From Vicinamibacteria bacterium (lineage in GTDB: Bacteria; Acidobacteriota; Vicinamibacteria; Marinacidobacterales; Marinacidobacteraceae): a DNA stretch of 64,000 nt. The stretch spans positions 2,464,001-2,528,000 of the forward strand of contig OY729431.1 in the NCBI GenBank assembly GCA_963422395.1. The letters run 5' to 3'. This document shows positions 28,258-39,310 of the stretch, one piece after another. A program made the position numbers and the translations under genes. Numbering within the stretch: position 1 is the first letter of the stretch; each line of letters opens with the position of its first letter. The notes under the pieces were generated by a model that was given only the letters and a program-made list of their open reading frames with translations, had not been told where the DNA came from and made no database searches.

Positions 28258-31029
28258 ATGAGCATCTCGCCGCAGGCGAAGCGAGCCGCGCTTACGCCGC
28301 GCACTTTTCCGGTTGGCCCCCTCCTGGGCTTGTTCCTCGCGCTCGGGGCGCTCTTGGGAGCGGCGGCCCCTGCCGGCGCCCAGCTTCGCCCCCTCGCCGA
28401 AGACCGCGGCGCGACGGGTCTGGGTCTCAAGCTGCGCAAGATCGCGAGCGGAGTCTCGGTGCTCGCCATCACCGCGCATCCGGACGACGAGAACAACGCC
28501 CTCCACGCGCTGCTGAGCCGGGGGCTGGGGGCGCGGGTGTCGCTCTTGACGCTGACCCGCGGCGGCGGCGGCCAGAACGAGATCGGACCGGAGCTCGGCG
28601 ATGGCCTGCGGCTGCTCCGGACCGAGGAACTCCGCGCTTCGCACCGGCTCGACGAAGTGGAGCAGTACTTCGGGATGGTGTCCGACTTCGGTTATTCGTT
28701 CAGCGTCGAGGAGACCTTCGAGAAATGGGGCCGCGAGCAGACGCTCGGCGAGGTAGTGCGAATGATCCGGGCGATCCGGCCCGATGTCGTCCTCACCCTG
28801 CCGCCTTTCGGCACCGGCGGCGGCCAGCACCATCAGGCCGCCGGACGGCTCGCGCACCTCGCGTTCGATGCGGCGGGAGACCCCGATCGCTTCCCGGAGC
28901 ACGCCGCCCTCGGACTCCTCCCCTGGCAACCGCTGCGCCTCTTCGTGGGGGGAGTGGGCGGGGGTTCGGGCGCCGCCGACGGGCGGACGGTCGAGATCGA
29001 GACCTCGATCTGGGACCCGCTCCTCGGCCGCACCTACGATGATCTCGGACAGGAGGCGCGATCCGCCCACCGCTGTCAGGGGATGGGGCAGGTCCGGGGA
29101 GCAGCGGGGTTTCCGACCCGCCTCGTCGAAACCCGTACCGCGGGTCCCGAAACCGAAAGCGGGGAGGGAATCTTCGCCGGCATTCCCACCGGGATCGAGC
29201 GGCTGGAGGCGTTCCTCGACGGAACGCCCGAGGCGATGGCCGAAGCCGGGGGCTTCCTCGACACGCTCGAGGAAGCAGTAGCAGATGCCCAGGCCGCGTT
29301 CTCGGCGGTCTCACCCGGCGATTCGCTTCCCGGCCTCCGCCGGGCGCTCGCCTCGGCACGGAAACTGCGGAGGGGGGCGCTTCCCGAGGGGCTGACCGAG
29401 AAGAGCCGCCACGAGATCGAACACCGAGTGGCGCTCCGGGAGCGGCAGCTCGGGGAAGCGCTCGCGCTCGCCCACGGGCTTACCGTGGACGCGGTCGCCG
29501 ATGCCGGCGAAGTCGTCCCTGGCGGCCGGTTTGGCGCCGAAGTCTTCGTGAGCGGCAGCGCCGCCGACCCGGTCACCGTAACCGGGGTCGACCTCGAAGT
29601 CCCCGAGGGATGGAGGGTGGCGATGGCGCAGGATGTCCTTTCTCCCCCGCGCGGCGCCGGCCCCCGCCGCCGGCCCCCGCCGCCGGCGCTCGGACCCGGC
29701 GACTTCCCGCGGCCAGCCGGCGCCGGAACCCCGCTGCGGACAGTCTTCGGCGTCTCGGTCCCCGAGGGCGCAGCGCTCAGCCGGCAGCCCTGGCGAGAGC
29801 TCTCCGGACAGGACCGCTTCGCGCCGGCAACGGAAGCGCTCTTCGGGCTGCCGGTGCGGCCGCCGCGGGTGAGAGCGCGGGTCTCCTTCGAATCCGGGGG
29901 TATTTCCGCTTCGGTGCGGCTGCCGCTGGAATACCGCTACGAAGGGGAGTGGGTCGGGACCGAAAAGCAGAAAGAGGTGTCGGTCCTGCCGCGGGTCTCG
30001 GTCGGGGTGACGCCGGAGATCGTGGTGTTCCCCCGCGGGGGCGGCCCCCGGCAGCTCACCGTTTCCGTCGTCCACCGGGGATCGGGGTCCGCGGAATTCG
30101 AGACCGCGCTGCGCGCTCCCGAGGGCTGGATCGTGAGCCCGGCCAGCGGACCGGTTTCCTTTTCCGGCCCCGGCGAAACTCGTCTGGAGTTCGAGGTGAG
30201 CGCGCCCCCGAACGCCGCCGCCGGCCGCTACCCGCTGGAAGCCCTGGCCCAGCCCGCCTCCGGCGGCGCGCCCTTCCGGGAGACCGTCGAAACCATCGCC
30301 TACCACCACATCGAAACCCGCTACCTCTTCCGGCGCGCCGAGGCCGGAGCGCGGGTGCTCGACGCGGCGGTCGCGCCGGTCCGCGTCGGCTATGTGGAAG
30401 GAGTCGGGGACGAGGTGGCGGAGGCCATCGCTCAGCTCGGCGTCCCGCTGACCTTCCTCGACGAAGAAGCGCTCGCTGCAGGCGACCTCTCGATTTACGA
30501 CACGATCGTGCTGGGGGTTCGCGCCTATCTGGCCCGCCCCGACCTGCGGACCCACAACGACCGCCTGCTGGAGTTCGTGGAAGCGGGAGGCACGCTGCTC
30601 GTCCAATACCACAAGTTCGAGTTCAACGCCGCGCAGTGGGGGCCCTACCCCGTTTCCGTCGGACGCGGCCGGGTGACCGTCGAGGACGCCCCGATGCAGG
30701 TCCTCGTTCCCGACCACCCGGTATTCCTCGCGCCGAACCGGATCGGCGCCGCCGACTGGGACGACTGGGTCCAGGAGCGCGGGCTCTACTTCCTGGCGCC
30801 GGGCGGCGATCCCGCCTATCGGGACCTGCTCGCCTCCGAAGACCCCGTGGAATACAACGCCGGCGAAAAGCGCGGCCTCCTGGTCGAAGCACGGCACGGC
30901 GCGGGCCGCTGGCTCTACCTGGGCCTCGGCATCTGGCGCCAGCTCCCCGCCGGCACTCCGGGCGCCTACCGGCTGCTCGCGAACCTCCTCAGCCTCGGGT
31001 CGCGCTCGGCGGTCGCGACCGAGCCGTGA
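28258..31029 (+). CDS. Large secreted PIG-L/LmbE-family deacetylase with Ig-like (NEW3-like) and C-terminal GATase-like domains
   Basis: AHPDDE, TRGGGGQNEIG, RTEEL, DFGYS, HHQA; signal peptide; C-terminal WVQERGLYF. Confidence 0.88.
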   Translation: MSISPQAKRAALTPRTFPVGPLLGLFLALGALLGAAAPAGAQLRPLAEDRGATGLGLKLRKIASGVSVLAITAHPDDENNALHALLSRGLGARVSLLTLTRGGGGQNEIGPELGDGLRLLRTEELRASHRLDEVEQYFGMVSDFGYSFSVEETFEKWGREQTLGEVVRMIRAIRPDVVLTLPPFGTGGGQHHQAAGRLAHLAFDAAGDPDRFPEHAALGLLPWQPLRLFVGGVGGGSGAADGRTVEIETSIWDPLLGRTYDDLGQEARSAHRCQGMGQVRGAAGFPTRLVETRTAGPETESGEGIFAGIPTGIERLEAFLDGTPEAMAEAGGFLDTLEEAVADAQAAFSAVSPGDSLPGLRRALASARKLRRGALPEGLTEKSRHEIEHRVALRERQLGEALALAHGLTVDAVADAGEVVPGGRFGAEVFVSGSAADPVTVTGVDLEVPEGWRVAMAQDVLSPPRGAGPRRRPPPPALGPGDFPRPAGAGTPLRTVFGVSVPEGAALSRQPWRELSGQDRFAPATEALFGLPVRPPRVRARVSFESGGISASVRLPLEYRYEGEWVGTEKQKEVSVLPRVSVGVTPEIVVFPRGGGPRQLTVSVVHRGSGSAEFETALRAPEGWIVSPASGPVSFSGPGETRLEFEVSAPPNAAAGRYPLEALAQPASGGAPFRETVETIAYHHIETRYLFRRAEAGARVLDAAVAPVRVGYVEGVGDEVAEAIAQLGVPLTFLDEEALAAGDLSIYDTIVLGVRAYLARPDLRTHNDRLLEFVEAGGTLLVQYHKFEFNAAQWGPYPVSVGRGRVTVEDAPMQVLVPDHPVFLAPNRIGAADWDDWVQERGLYFLAPGGDPAYRDLLASEDPVEYNAGEKRGLLVEARHGAGRWLYLGLGIWRQLPAGTPGAYRLLANLLSLGSRSAVATEP

Positions 31030-31385
31030 GCGACCGGTCATTCCTCCTACCTCGCCATCCTCCTCGCCCCGATCCGCGTCTCGGCGTCGTATCGGCCGCA
31101 ATTCGGCAGGCGTGACTCCTGGCTCGGGTTTGGACATGCCGATGATGTCGATGATGTATGCCGCGCACGAGGCGGCCGGCGGTATCACGAGCCTTCGACC
31201 GAAGATGCCGCGTGGTCCTACCGGGTTCCGGATCAGGGCCAGAGCTCCCGCCGGAGCCACAGACTGCTTGCTCTCGACGCCCTTTTCCACTCGACCGGAT
31301 TCCGCCCGACGATGACCGCCAACGAAACCGCATCCGGCGAAACCCAAAGCGGGCGGCGGAAGGGGCGCCCGTCGAGGCCGACTCG

Positions 31386-33755
31386 CTACAGGCGGAAGAG
31401 ATAGTTCAGCTTCAACGAAAGGCTGCGGTTCTCGACGAAGAAGACGTCCGACCACTCGTCGATCTCGGTATAGACCAGGAAGAGGTCGGTGCCTGGCTTC
31501 GGAATCCAGTGGAAGCGGACATTCGAGGCCAGGTCGTCGGTGGCGTCGTTGTACTGGAAGAGGCCGAGGAGGACCAGGTCGTTCCGGAAGGCGAGCCGCA
31601 TCCGGGTCGAGATCAGGTGGGTGTTCAGATCGCCGCCGGGCAGCCGGATCCGGTTGTACTCGTAGCTTCCCCTCACTCCGAAGTTCCGGGTGATCCGGTA
31701 ATTGCCGCCCAGCGACCAGAGGTCGCGCGTTCCACCCCAGAAACTACCGAATTCGTAATCGGTGCGGAGCGAGGCGTAGCGGCGGCGGTAGGTGTTCAGG
31801 GAGAACTGGTAGCGCCGGAACGGATACTCCCCAGCGGGGATCCGGACTCCGTTGATCGAGTAGTCATCGGAGGTGAACTCGTACTGGTCGGTGATCTCGA
31901 AGGAGAATTCGTCACCGCTCTCGAGGGCAGCCCGTCCGTTCAGCGTGGCGCGGCGGGTCTCTAGGACACCCTCGAGATTCGCGGTGCGGTTCAGGTTCGC
32001 CGAGAGATGCACCTGCCGTACCCGGGGAATGTCGGGGCGCCGTGAGACCCGCCCGGAGAGAAAGGACTTGCGGATGCCGCGGCGCCGGACGAAACCGACT
32101 CCAGGATCGAAGTTCTTCCCGATCTCGATGAACTTCACGGTTCCCCCGAACCGGTCGTCGTCGTAGGAGAGCCGCCCGCTGGCCAGGCCCGTGCTGTTCT
32201 GGCCCGTCTCCTCGAAGACCCGCGCCCAGACGCCCTCGAAGGTCCAGACATCGCGGAAGTACAGGCTGGTATCCAGTCCGGCGACCCGATTGAAGCGGAC
32301 ACCGTTGCTCCGGTCGGTGAAGACGGCGCCGACGGTCGAACGCGAGAACAGGTCGCGGCGCACCCGCGCCACGGTGAATCGTTCTCCGGGAGCGCCGCCA
32401 GCGGCGGCGGTGGCCATTCCCATGAGCCCCACGGTGTAGGCGCCCTGTCGGCCGGAGAGCCGGCCGCCGCCCAGGATGGGGACCGCCTGCCCCTCATCGG
32501 AAAGCCCGATTCGGCGGGTGAAGACGATGTCCGCGTCGCGGCGCTCGCCGAAGGAGAAGTTCCGCTGCCCTTCGAGGAAGATCTGCCGTTTTTCGGGGAA
32601 GCGGAGGGAGAATCGGCTGAAGTTGATCTGGAGGTCGTCCACTTCCTCCTGGGCGAAGTCGGTGTTCCAGGTGAAGTCGGCGGTGAGGCCGGGGGTTACC
32701 CCCCACTTCAGATCGAGTCCTCCGTCGGCGCGGCGGGCCTCTCCTTCCCACGCCGCGCCGCCGGACAACGCACCGAGCGCGTAGGGCCGGATCTCTATGT
32801 TCCGCCCCGGCTGGATGCCCTCGAGCCCGCGCAGTTTGCCGAGTTCGGCGGGGCGGTACCAGGTGGAGTCGTTCGAGACGAACGGCCAGTACACCTCCTC
32901 GGTCTTCATCGGCATGTTCCGCTTGAAACCGATGCCGAAGACCAGCGGCTGTCCGGGGAGCGGCGGCCGGAAACGGAGCGACTGGAACGGCACCCGCACC
33001 TCGGCGGTCCAGCCGCCGGGGACGAACTGGCCGCGGGACTCCCAGACGGTGTCCCAGTCGAGGTTCCGGGTCTCGGGCCCCTGCCCGTTCTGGCTCATGT
33101 CGAAAACGATGCCGTTCGCGTTGGTGGCGAGGAAGACCGCGCTCCGCTGGTCGTCGTAGGCGTCGAGCATGATCGCCACTGCGTCGTCGCTGCCGATGTT
33201 CTCGTCACGGAACATCGTCCGGGGACGGCTTCGCTCGGCCGAGCGCTCCGCATGGGGAACCTCGTGTCCCTGGATGCGGTGCTCACCGACCGTACAGAAG
33301 AAACCGAAGTAGAGATTCTCGTCGTCGTAGAGCACCCGCACGATCGTGGATTCGGTGGACGGCAACCCCTCGTCGGTCTCGCGCTCGTAGAAATCGCCGA
33401 TCGGGCGCGCCCGCTCCCAGGCCGCTTCGTCCAGCCAGCCGTCCACCGAGATCCGTTCGCCGATGCGCTCGGCATGGATCTCCCAGCTCCTGGCCTCGAG
33501 CACCCGCACCCGATCCTCGCGGCTCAGCTGCCGCAGCTCGGCGGCAGTCGGCGAGACCGCCGGCGGCGCCGGCAGCAGGGCGGCGGCGCTGCGGCGGCCC
33601 GCGCCGCCGCCGGTGACCCGCTCCCGATCCTGACCCGCCTCGGAATGCCCCGGCCGCTCTTGACCGGCTCCCGCAGCGGCCAGGACCAGGACCGCAGCAG
33701 CAGCGAGCACGGCGCGCGCTGCGGCACCCCCGGGCGAAAGGGTCCGCGTCGGCAT
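31386..33755 (-). CDS. DUF5916 / CBM9-like domain outer-membrane protein
   Basis: Signal peptide; VDGWLDEAAW, VLYDDENLYFG, GWTAEVRVPF, NTDFAQEEVD, FPEKRQIFLEG; beta-signal-like C-terminus LKLNYLFRL. Confidence 0.85.
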   Translation of the reverse strand: MPTRTLSPGGAAARAVLAAAAVLVLAAAGAGQERPGHSEAGQDRERVTGGGAGRRSAAALLPAPPAVSPTAAELRQLSREDRVRVLEARSWEIHAERIGERISVDGWLDEAAWERARPIGDFYERETDEGLPSTESTIVRVLYDDENLYFGFFCTVGEHRIQGHEVPHAERSAERSRPRTMFRDENIGSDDAVAIMLDAYDDQRSAVFLATNANGIVFDMSQNGQGPETRNLDWDTVWESRGQFVPGGWTAEVRVPFQSLRFRPPLPGQPLVFGIGFKRNMPMKTEEVYWPFVSNDSTWYRPAELGKLRGLEGIQPGRNIEIRPYALGALSGGAAWEGEARRADGGLDLKWGVTPGLTADFTWNTDFAQEEVDDLQINFSRFSLRFPEKRQIFLEGQRNFSFGERRDADIVFTRRIGLSDEGQAVPILGGGRLSGRQGAYTVGLMGMATAAAGGAPGERFTVARVRRDLFSRSTVGAVFTDRSNGVRFNRVAGLDTSLYFRDVWTFEGVWARVFEETGQNSTGLASGRLSYDDDRFGGTVKFIEIGKNFDPGVGFVRRRGIRKSFLSGRVSRRPDIPRVRQVHLSANLNRTANLEGVLETRRATLNGRAALESGDEFSFEITDQYEFTSDDYSINGVRIPAGEYPFRRYQFSLNTYRRRYASLRTDYEFGSFWGGTRDLWSLGGNYRITRNFGVRGSYEYNRIRLPGGDLNTHLISTRMRLAFRNDLVLLGLFQYNDATDDLASNVRFHWIPKPGTDLFLVYTEIDEWSDVFFVENRSLSLKLNYLFRL

Positions 33756-33769
33756 CCCGAAGAATCGGT

Positions 33770-34795
33770 TTAGGAGGTGCGCGCGAAACCGGTGGCGATC
33801 TCGGCCAACCACGGCTGGATCGCGCCGTAGAGACCGTCGCGGCAGTGGAAACGGTAGAGGTAGGTGCGGCCGTCCACGAAGTTGTAGATCACCCATTCGA
33901 GATAATCGGCGAGCTGGGTCTCGACCGAGTAGAGCACTGCGATTCCCCGGCCCTCCTCGAGGAGGTCGTGACGGAGCATTCGGTAGTTCTCGCCGAGACC
34001 CGCCGCCGCCGCGCTGTAGAAACCCTCGAGGGTCGTTCCCGGCTGCGCCTGGTTCACGGTGACCTCGAGCGTGGCGTGCACGGTCGCCCCGTCGCTGTCC
34101 ACCGCGAGCGGCCCGCTACGGAAACCGACGAACAGCGTCTCCCCGGCCTGGCGGAGGAAGTGCGAGCGCGTCCAGCTTCGTGGGTAACGGAGCGACAGCT
34201 CGAACGCAGCATCCTCGTAGAGATCGAAATGGCTGGCGGATTCGATCGAGAAACCCTGGTACATGCGGTCCAGCGTGGGCCCGTAGGCGAGCACGCTCCG
34301 CGCCTCCCCGGTGGCGAAGACGCCGTAGAGAACTTCTTCGACCTCGATCAACAGCAGGCGGCCGGATTGCGGCCGCCGCTCCCACTCGAAGCTCCACAAG
34401 AACCCCTCGGCGGCGCCGAGCCGGAACGACCTCTCCGAGAGCACCTTCTGCTCTCCGATGTAGAACCGGTCGGCCAGCTCGCGCAGCGACTGTCCGGCGG
34501 GCGCCGGACCGGCCATCACCTGGACCTGGATGCCGTCTCGCTCCGGGACATCCACCGACGGACCGGTGAAGGTGGTCATGCGAAAGCCGCCCTGCTGGTC
34601 CGCCGCCGAGCTCCAGCCCTGCGGCAGCGGCAGCGACACCGCGATGTCCGGCACATAGACGGTGATGAGCCGCTGCTTCGCGGGATCGCGGCAGGAGAGC
34701 GCAGCGAGCGGCAGGAGCAACAGCGCCGCGGGCGCGAGACGAAACCGAATCGGGAAGGGCCGCGGACGCCGCGTGACTTCACTCACATCGTCCAC
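33770..34795 (-). CDS. Hypothetical lipoprotein with two PsbP/DcrB-like repeats (start approximate)
   Basis: Lipobox-like LAALSC; repeated VSLPLPQGW / LSLRYPRSW motif. Confidence 0.65.
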   Translation of the reverse strand: MDDVSEVTRRPRPFPIRFRLAPAALLLLPLAALSCRDPAKQRLITVYVPDIAVSLPLPQGWSSAADQQGGFRMTTFTGPSVDVPERDGIQVQVMAGPAPAGQSLRELADRFYIGEQKVLSERSFRLGAAEGFLWSFEWERRPQSGRLLLIEVEEVLYGVFATGEARSVLAYGPTLDRMYQGFSIESASHFDLYEDAAFELSLRYPRSWTRSHFLRQAGETLFVGFRSGPLAVDSDGATVHATLEVTVNQAQPGTTLEGFYSAAAAGLGENYRMLRHDLLEEGRGIAVLYSVETQLADYLEWVIYNFVDGRTYLYRFHCRDGLYGAIQPWLAEIATGFARTS

Positions 34796-34802
34796 CGAAC
34801 CA

Positions 34803-36317
34803 CTACTCCAGCCGGTAGTTCGGCGCTTCCTTGGTGACCACCACATCGTGCGCATGCCCTTCGCGCTGCCCGGCCCCGGTGACCTGGACGAACTCGGCGC
34901 TCTCGGCGAGTTCAGCGATGGAGCGGCATCCGGTGTAGCCCATCCCCGAGCGGAGTCCGCCGACGAGCTGTTCCACCACCCCGGCCAGCGGCCCCTTCGT
35001 CGGAACCCGCCCTTCGATCCCTTCGGGGACCAGCTTCGACGGCTCGCGGCCGGTCTGGTAGTAGCGGTCCGCGGACCCGCCGCTCATCGCTCCGAGCGAC
35101 CCCATCCCTCGATACCCCTTGAAGGTGCGCCCCTGGTAGAGGATCGTCTCGCCGGGGCTCTCGTCGGTTCCGGCGAACAGATTGCCCACCATCACGCAAT
35201 CGGCGCCGGCGCCGATGGCTTTCACGATGTCGCCGCTGAAGCGGATGCCGCCATCGGCGATCAGCGGCGGACCGCTCGCCGGGCGCACCTGCCGGATCGC
35301 GGAGAACTGCGGCATTCCGGTTCCGGCCACCACTCGGGTGGTGCAGATCGAGCCGGGCCCCATGCCCACTTTCACTCCGTCGGCGCCGGCCTCCACCAGG
35401 TCGCGAGCAGCCTCGGCGGTGGCGATGTTGCCGGCCACCAGGTCCACGCCCTCGGGAAGGCGCTCCCGAAGCCGCCGCACGGTACCGAGGCCGGTCCCGG
35501 TGTGACCGTGCGCAGTGTCCACCACGATCGCATCTACCTGGCGCTCGGCGAGGAGTTCCGCGCGGGCCACCGCAGCCTCCCCCACGCCCACTGCGGCGGC
35601 ACAGCGAAGACGGCCGAAGTCGTCCTTGGTGGCGTCGGGGTAGGCCATCGCCTTCTGGATGTCCTTGACGGTGAGGAGGCCGGCGAGCGTCCCGTGCTCG
35701 TCGAGGACCGGCAGCTTTTCCACCCGGTGCTCGTGCAGGATGGCCTTCGCCTCGTCGAGGGTGGTGCCGAGCGGGGCGGTATGGAGGGGCGAGCGGGTCA
35801 TGAGCTCGGCCACCAGGAGATCGCCGCGGGTCACGAAGCGCAGGTCCCGGCTGGTCAGGATACCCACCAGCCGACCGGTCTCGACCACCGGCAGGCCGGA
35901 AATCCCGTGGCGCTCCATGAGCCCGAGCGCCAGCTCGACCGGAGCGTCGGGGGGAACGGTGACCGGATCCACCACCATGCCGCTCTCCGAGCGCTTCACC
36001 TTGGCCACCTCGTCGGCCTGCTCTTCGGCGGAGAGGTTGCGATGGATCACGCCGATGCCGCCGAGCTGAGCGATGGCGATGGCGAGCCTCGCCTCGGTGA
36101 CGGTGTCCATCGCAGCGCTGACCAGCGGGATGGCGAGGCCGATCCGGCGGCTGAAGCGAGTGCTCACCTCGGTGGCGGCGGGCAGCACCTCCGAATACCG
36201 CGGCTTCAGCAGAACATCGTCGAAAGTGAGCGCGACGGCCGGACCTCGAGCCGGCTCCCGGGGCAGCTCACGAGGTTCGAGAGCGTCTGACGAACCCTGC
36301 GGATCGGAGGTCGGCAC
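34803..36317 (-). CDS. guaB: IMP dehydrogenase (start uncertain: GTG 36317 or CTG 36335)
   Basis: [20 protein letters not shown] pair, [28 protein letters not shown]. Confidence 0.97.
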   Translation of the reverse strand: MPTSDPQGSSDALEPRELPREPARGPAVALTFDDVLLKPRYSEVLPAATEVSTRFSRRIGLAIPLVSAAMDTVTEARLAIAIAQLGGIGVIHRNLSAEEQADEVAKVKRSESGMVVDPVTVPPDAPVELALGLMERHGISGLPVVETGRLVGILTSRDLRFVTRGDLLVAELMTRSPLHTAPLGTTLDEAKAILHEHRVEKLPVLDEHGTLAGLLTVKDIQKAMAYPDATKDDFGRLRCAAAVGVGEAAVARAELLAERQVDAIVVDTAHGHTGTGLGTVRRLRERLPEGVDLVAGNIATAEAARDLVEAGADGVKVGMGPGSICTTRVVAGTGMPQFSAIRQVRPASGPPLIADGGIRFSGDIVKAIGAGADCVMVGNLFAGTDESPGETILYQGRTFKGYRGMGSLGAMSGGSADRYYQTGREPSKLVPEGIEGRVPTKGPLAGVVEQLVGGLRSGMGYTGCRSIAELAESAEFVQVTGAGQREGHAHDVVVTKEAPNYRLE

Positions 36318-36331
36318 GGACAGCGGATCGC

Positions 36332-39118
36332 TCAGGCGGCGTGGCACTTCTTGTACTTCTTCCCGCTGCCGCAGGGGCAGGGCTCGTTCCTTCCCACCTT
36401 CTTCTGGCCGCTCCGGACCGGAATCACTCGCCCGCCACGCGGAGCGGCAGGCGCCGGCGTCCGCAGCCCGCCTCCACCGGGAGCAACCGCAGCGATTCCC
36501 GAACCGGCAGCTGCGTCCGCAGCGGCTCCGTTTCCCGCTCCGCTGAGGACCAGGCGCGGCGCGGGGCGTGCCGGCGGAGGCGTCGGAGCGGCGCGAACCG
36601 CTTTGAGCACGAACAGCAGCCGCACCGTTTCCCGCTCGATGCGGTCCCACACCTCCTCGAACAGCGAGAACGACTCCTTCTTGTACTCGATGAGCGGATC
36701 GCGCTGGCCGTAACCGCGAAGGCCGATTCCCTGTTTCAGGTGGTCCATCGAGTACAGATGGTCCTTCCACTGCGCATCGAGGATGTGGAGCATGATGTAA
36801 CGCTCCTGGATGCGCATCAGCTCCGCGCCGATCTCCTGTTCCCTTTCGGTGTACCGCGCGGGAATCGCCTCGGCGAGCAGTTCTACGACCTCGCCGCGCC
36901 CGAGCTCGTCGAAAGGAATGTCGTCTTTCGGTTCCGGAAGAAAGCCGTACTGTCCGCGGATTGCCTCGCGCAGCCCGGGGTAATCCCAATCGTCGGGATC
37001 CACTTCCTTCGAGAGCCGGGAGTCCACCAGGTTTTCCGCGGCGATCGACGCCAGATCGAGAACATATTCCCGCTGATCCTGCCCTTCGAGGATGCGGCGG
37101 CGGAGTCCATAGATGGCGACCCGCTGCTTGTTCATCACATCGTCGTATTCGAGCAGGTGTTTCCGGTAGGAGAAGTTCTGCGCTTCCACCTGTTTCTGGG
37201 CTCGTTCGATCGCCCGGGTAACCATTCCCGCCTCGACGGGAACTCCTTCCTCCATTCCCAGCCGCTGCATGAGCCCGCTCATGCGGCCGCTGCCGAAGAT
37301 GCGCATCAGATCGTCTTCGAGCGAAAGGAAGAACCGGGAGCTCCCCGGATCTCCCTGCCGTCCGGAACGGCCCCGCAGCTGGTTGTCTATCCGCCGGGAC
37401 TCGTGGCGTTCGGTCCCCACGATGTGCAGACCGCCGAGCTCCACCACCTCGTCGTGCGCCGCCCGGGTCTCTTCCCGGGCCTCGGCAACCGCGTTTTCCC
37501 AGACCTCGCCGGGCGCCTCCGTCCAGTCCACCCCTTCCTTGCGGAGCCGCGCCTTGGCGATCTCCTCGGGACTGCCGCCGAGCAGGATGTCCGTGCCGCG
37601 GCCGGCCATATTGGTGGCGATGGTCACCGATCCGGCGCGGCCTGCTTGCGCCACGATCTCCGCCTCGCGCTGATGGTACTTGGCGTTCAGCACCACATGG
37701 GGAACCTGCTGGCGCTTCAGCAGCCGCGCGAGCCGTTCGCTCTTTTCGATCGAGGTCGTGCCGACCAGCACCGGCCGGCCCCGGCGCTGTTCTTCCCGGA
37801 TTTCCTCGGCGATGGCATTCAGCTTTTCGCGCTCGGTGCGATAGACCACATCGGGATATTCGATGCGGACGAGCTCTCGGTTCGTGGGAATGGGAACGAC
37901 TTCGAGCTCGTAGATCTTCTCGAACTCGGCGGCCTCGGTTTCGGCCGTTCCGGTCATGCCCGCGAGCTTCCGATACATGCGGAAGTAGTTTTGGAAGGTG
38001 ATCGTCGCGAGCGTCTGGTTTTCCCGCTCGATCTTCACATTCTCCTTCGCTTCGACTGCCTGGTGGAGGCCGTCGGACCAACGCCGGCCCGGCATGAGAC
38101 GCCCCGTGAACTCGTCCACGATGACGACCTTGCCTTCCTTTACCGTGTAGTCCTTTTCCCGCTTGTAGAGCGCGTGGGCACGGAGCGCCTGCAGCAGATG
38201 GTGCAGCAAGGTCATCTGCTCGGGCTCATAGAGGTTGTCCACCCGCAGCAGCTCTTCCGCCTTCGGAACACCCTCTTCGGTCAGAGTGACCGAGCGGGAT
38301 TTCTCGTCCACGGTGTAGTCCACATCGCGGCGCAGCCGGGGAATGATGCGGTCCACCGTGTAATAGAGATCGGTGGATTGCTCCGCCGGGCCGCTGATGA
38401 TGAGCGGTGTCCGCGCCTCGTCGATCAGGATCGAATCCACTTCATCCACGATGGCGAAATGGAACAGACGCTCCACTTCCTTGCCGTCGCGGCCCCGCTC
38501 GGTACGGGGGAAGATGCGGTGGACGAAGTTCTCGGCGCGGAACTTCATGTTGTCGCGCAGATAGTCGAATCCGAATTCGTTGTTCGTGCCGTAGGTGATG
38601 TCCGAGCCATAGGCGGCGCGTCGTTCCTCGTCGCCCAGGTCATGCTGGATGACTCCCACCTCCAGCCCGAGGAACCGATACAGCCGGCCCATCCAGTCCG
38701 CGTCGCGCCGGGCCAGGTAGTCGTTCACGGTGACCACATGGACTCCCATCCCGGAGAGTGCGTTGAGGACGGCCGGCAGAGTGGCCACCAGGGTCTTTCC
38801 CTCGCCGGTCTTCATCTCGGCGATCCGCCCCTGGTGCAGGATGGCGCCTCCCAGCAACTGCACATCGAAGTGGCGCATCCCGAGGGTGCGCCGCGCCGCC
38901 TCCCGACAGACCGCGAAAGTCTCCGGCATCAGATCGTCGAGCGGCTCGCCGTTTTCGGCCCGCGACCGCAGCGCGGCGATCCGTTCGGGGAACTGCCGGT
39001 CCTCGATCCCGGAGAGTTCCGGCTCGAGAGCACCGACCCTGGCGACGAGCGGCCGCAGCCGCTTCAGCTCGCGCTCCGATTTCTTCCCGACGATGCTGGT
39101 GAGGACCTTCTGGAACAC
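36332..39118 (-). CDS. secA: Preprotein translocase ATPase SecA
   Basis: [50 protein letters not shown] motif [18 protein letters not shown]. Confidence 0.99.
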   Translation of the reverse strand: MFQKVLTSIVGKKSERELKRLRPLVARVGALEPELSGIEDRQFPERIAALRSRAENGEPLDDLMPETFAVCREAARRTLGMRHFDVQLLGGAILHQGRIAEMKTGEGKTLVATLPAVLNALSGMGVHVVTVNDYLARRDADWMGRLYRFLGLEVGVIQHDLGDEERRAAYGSDITYGTNNEFGFDYLRDNMKFRAENFVHRIFPRTERGRDGKEVERLFHFAIVDEVDSILIDEARTPLIISGPAEQSTDLYYTVDRIIPRLRRDVDYTVDEKSRSVTLTEEGVPKAEELLRVDNLYEPEQMTLLHHLLQALRAHALYKREKDYTVKEGKVVIVDEFTGRLMPGRRWSDGLHQAVEAKENVKIERENQTLATITFQNYFRMYRKLAGMTGTAETEAAEFEKIYELEVVPIPTNRELVRIEYPDVVYRTEREKLNAIAEEIREEQRRGRPVLVGTTSIEKSERLARLLKRQQVPHVVLNAKYHQREAEIVAQAGRAGSVTIATNMAGRGTDILLGGSPEEIAKARLRKEGVDWTEAPGEVWENAVAEAREETRAAHDEVVELGGLHIVGTERHESRRIDNQLRGRSGRQGDPGSSRFFLSLEDDLMRIFGSGRMSGLMQRLGMEEGVPVEAGMVTRAIERAQKQVEAQNFSYRKHLLEYDDVMNKQRVAIYGLRRRILEGQDQREYVLDLASIAAENLVDSRLSKEVDPDDWDYPGLREAIRGQYGFLPEPKDDIPFDELGRGEVVELLAEAIPARYTEREQEIGAELMRIQERYIMLHILDAQWKDHLYSMDHLKQGIGLRGYGQRDPLIEYKKESFSLFEEVWDRIERETVRLLFVLKAVRAAPTPPPARPAPRLVLSGAGNGAAADAAAGSGIAAVAPGGGGLRTPAPAAPRGGRVIPVRSGQKKVGRNEPCPCGSGKKYKKCHAA

Positions 39119-39146
39119 GTAACGATGCCGGGTAAACCGGAGAATT

Positions 39147-39187
39147 CTAGCAGCCTGTGGAAAAAGAGGCGCGAACCCCGAGATCGG
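39147..39187 (+). mobile_element. Orphan IS1182-like end upstream of secA
   Basis: CTAG-CAGCCTGTGGAAAAAGAGGCGCGAACCCCGAGATCGG resembles the reverse complement of the IS end at ~45005-45042. Confidence 0.75.
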
Positions 39188-39310
39188 ACCCGTTCTCCCG
39201 ATGGGAGCCGCCGCGCGGTACCCGGCGGTTTTCCGGGGCGGCCGCTGCCAGCGAGACCGCTCCCACGAGCCGCTTCCGGAGGCGAAGCGGCGTGCTTCTA
39301 CCGCGGACCG

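Noticed and set aside
34803-38081. Apparent 1092-aa GuaB with long N-terminal extension
   Set aside because: The extension is an alternate frame inside secA
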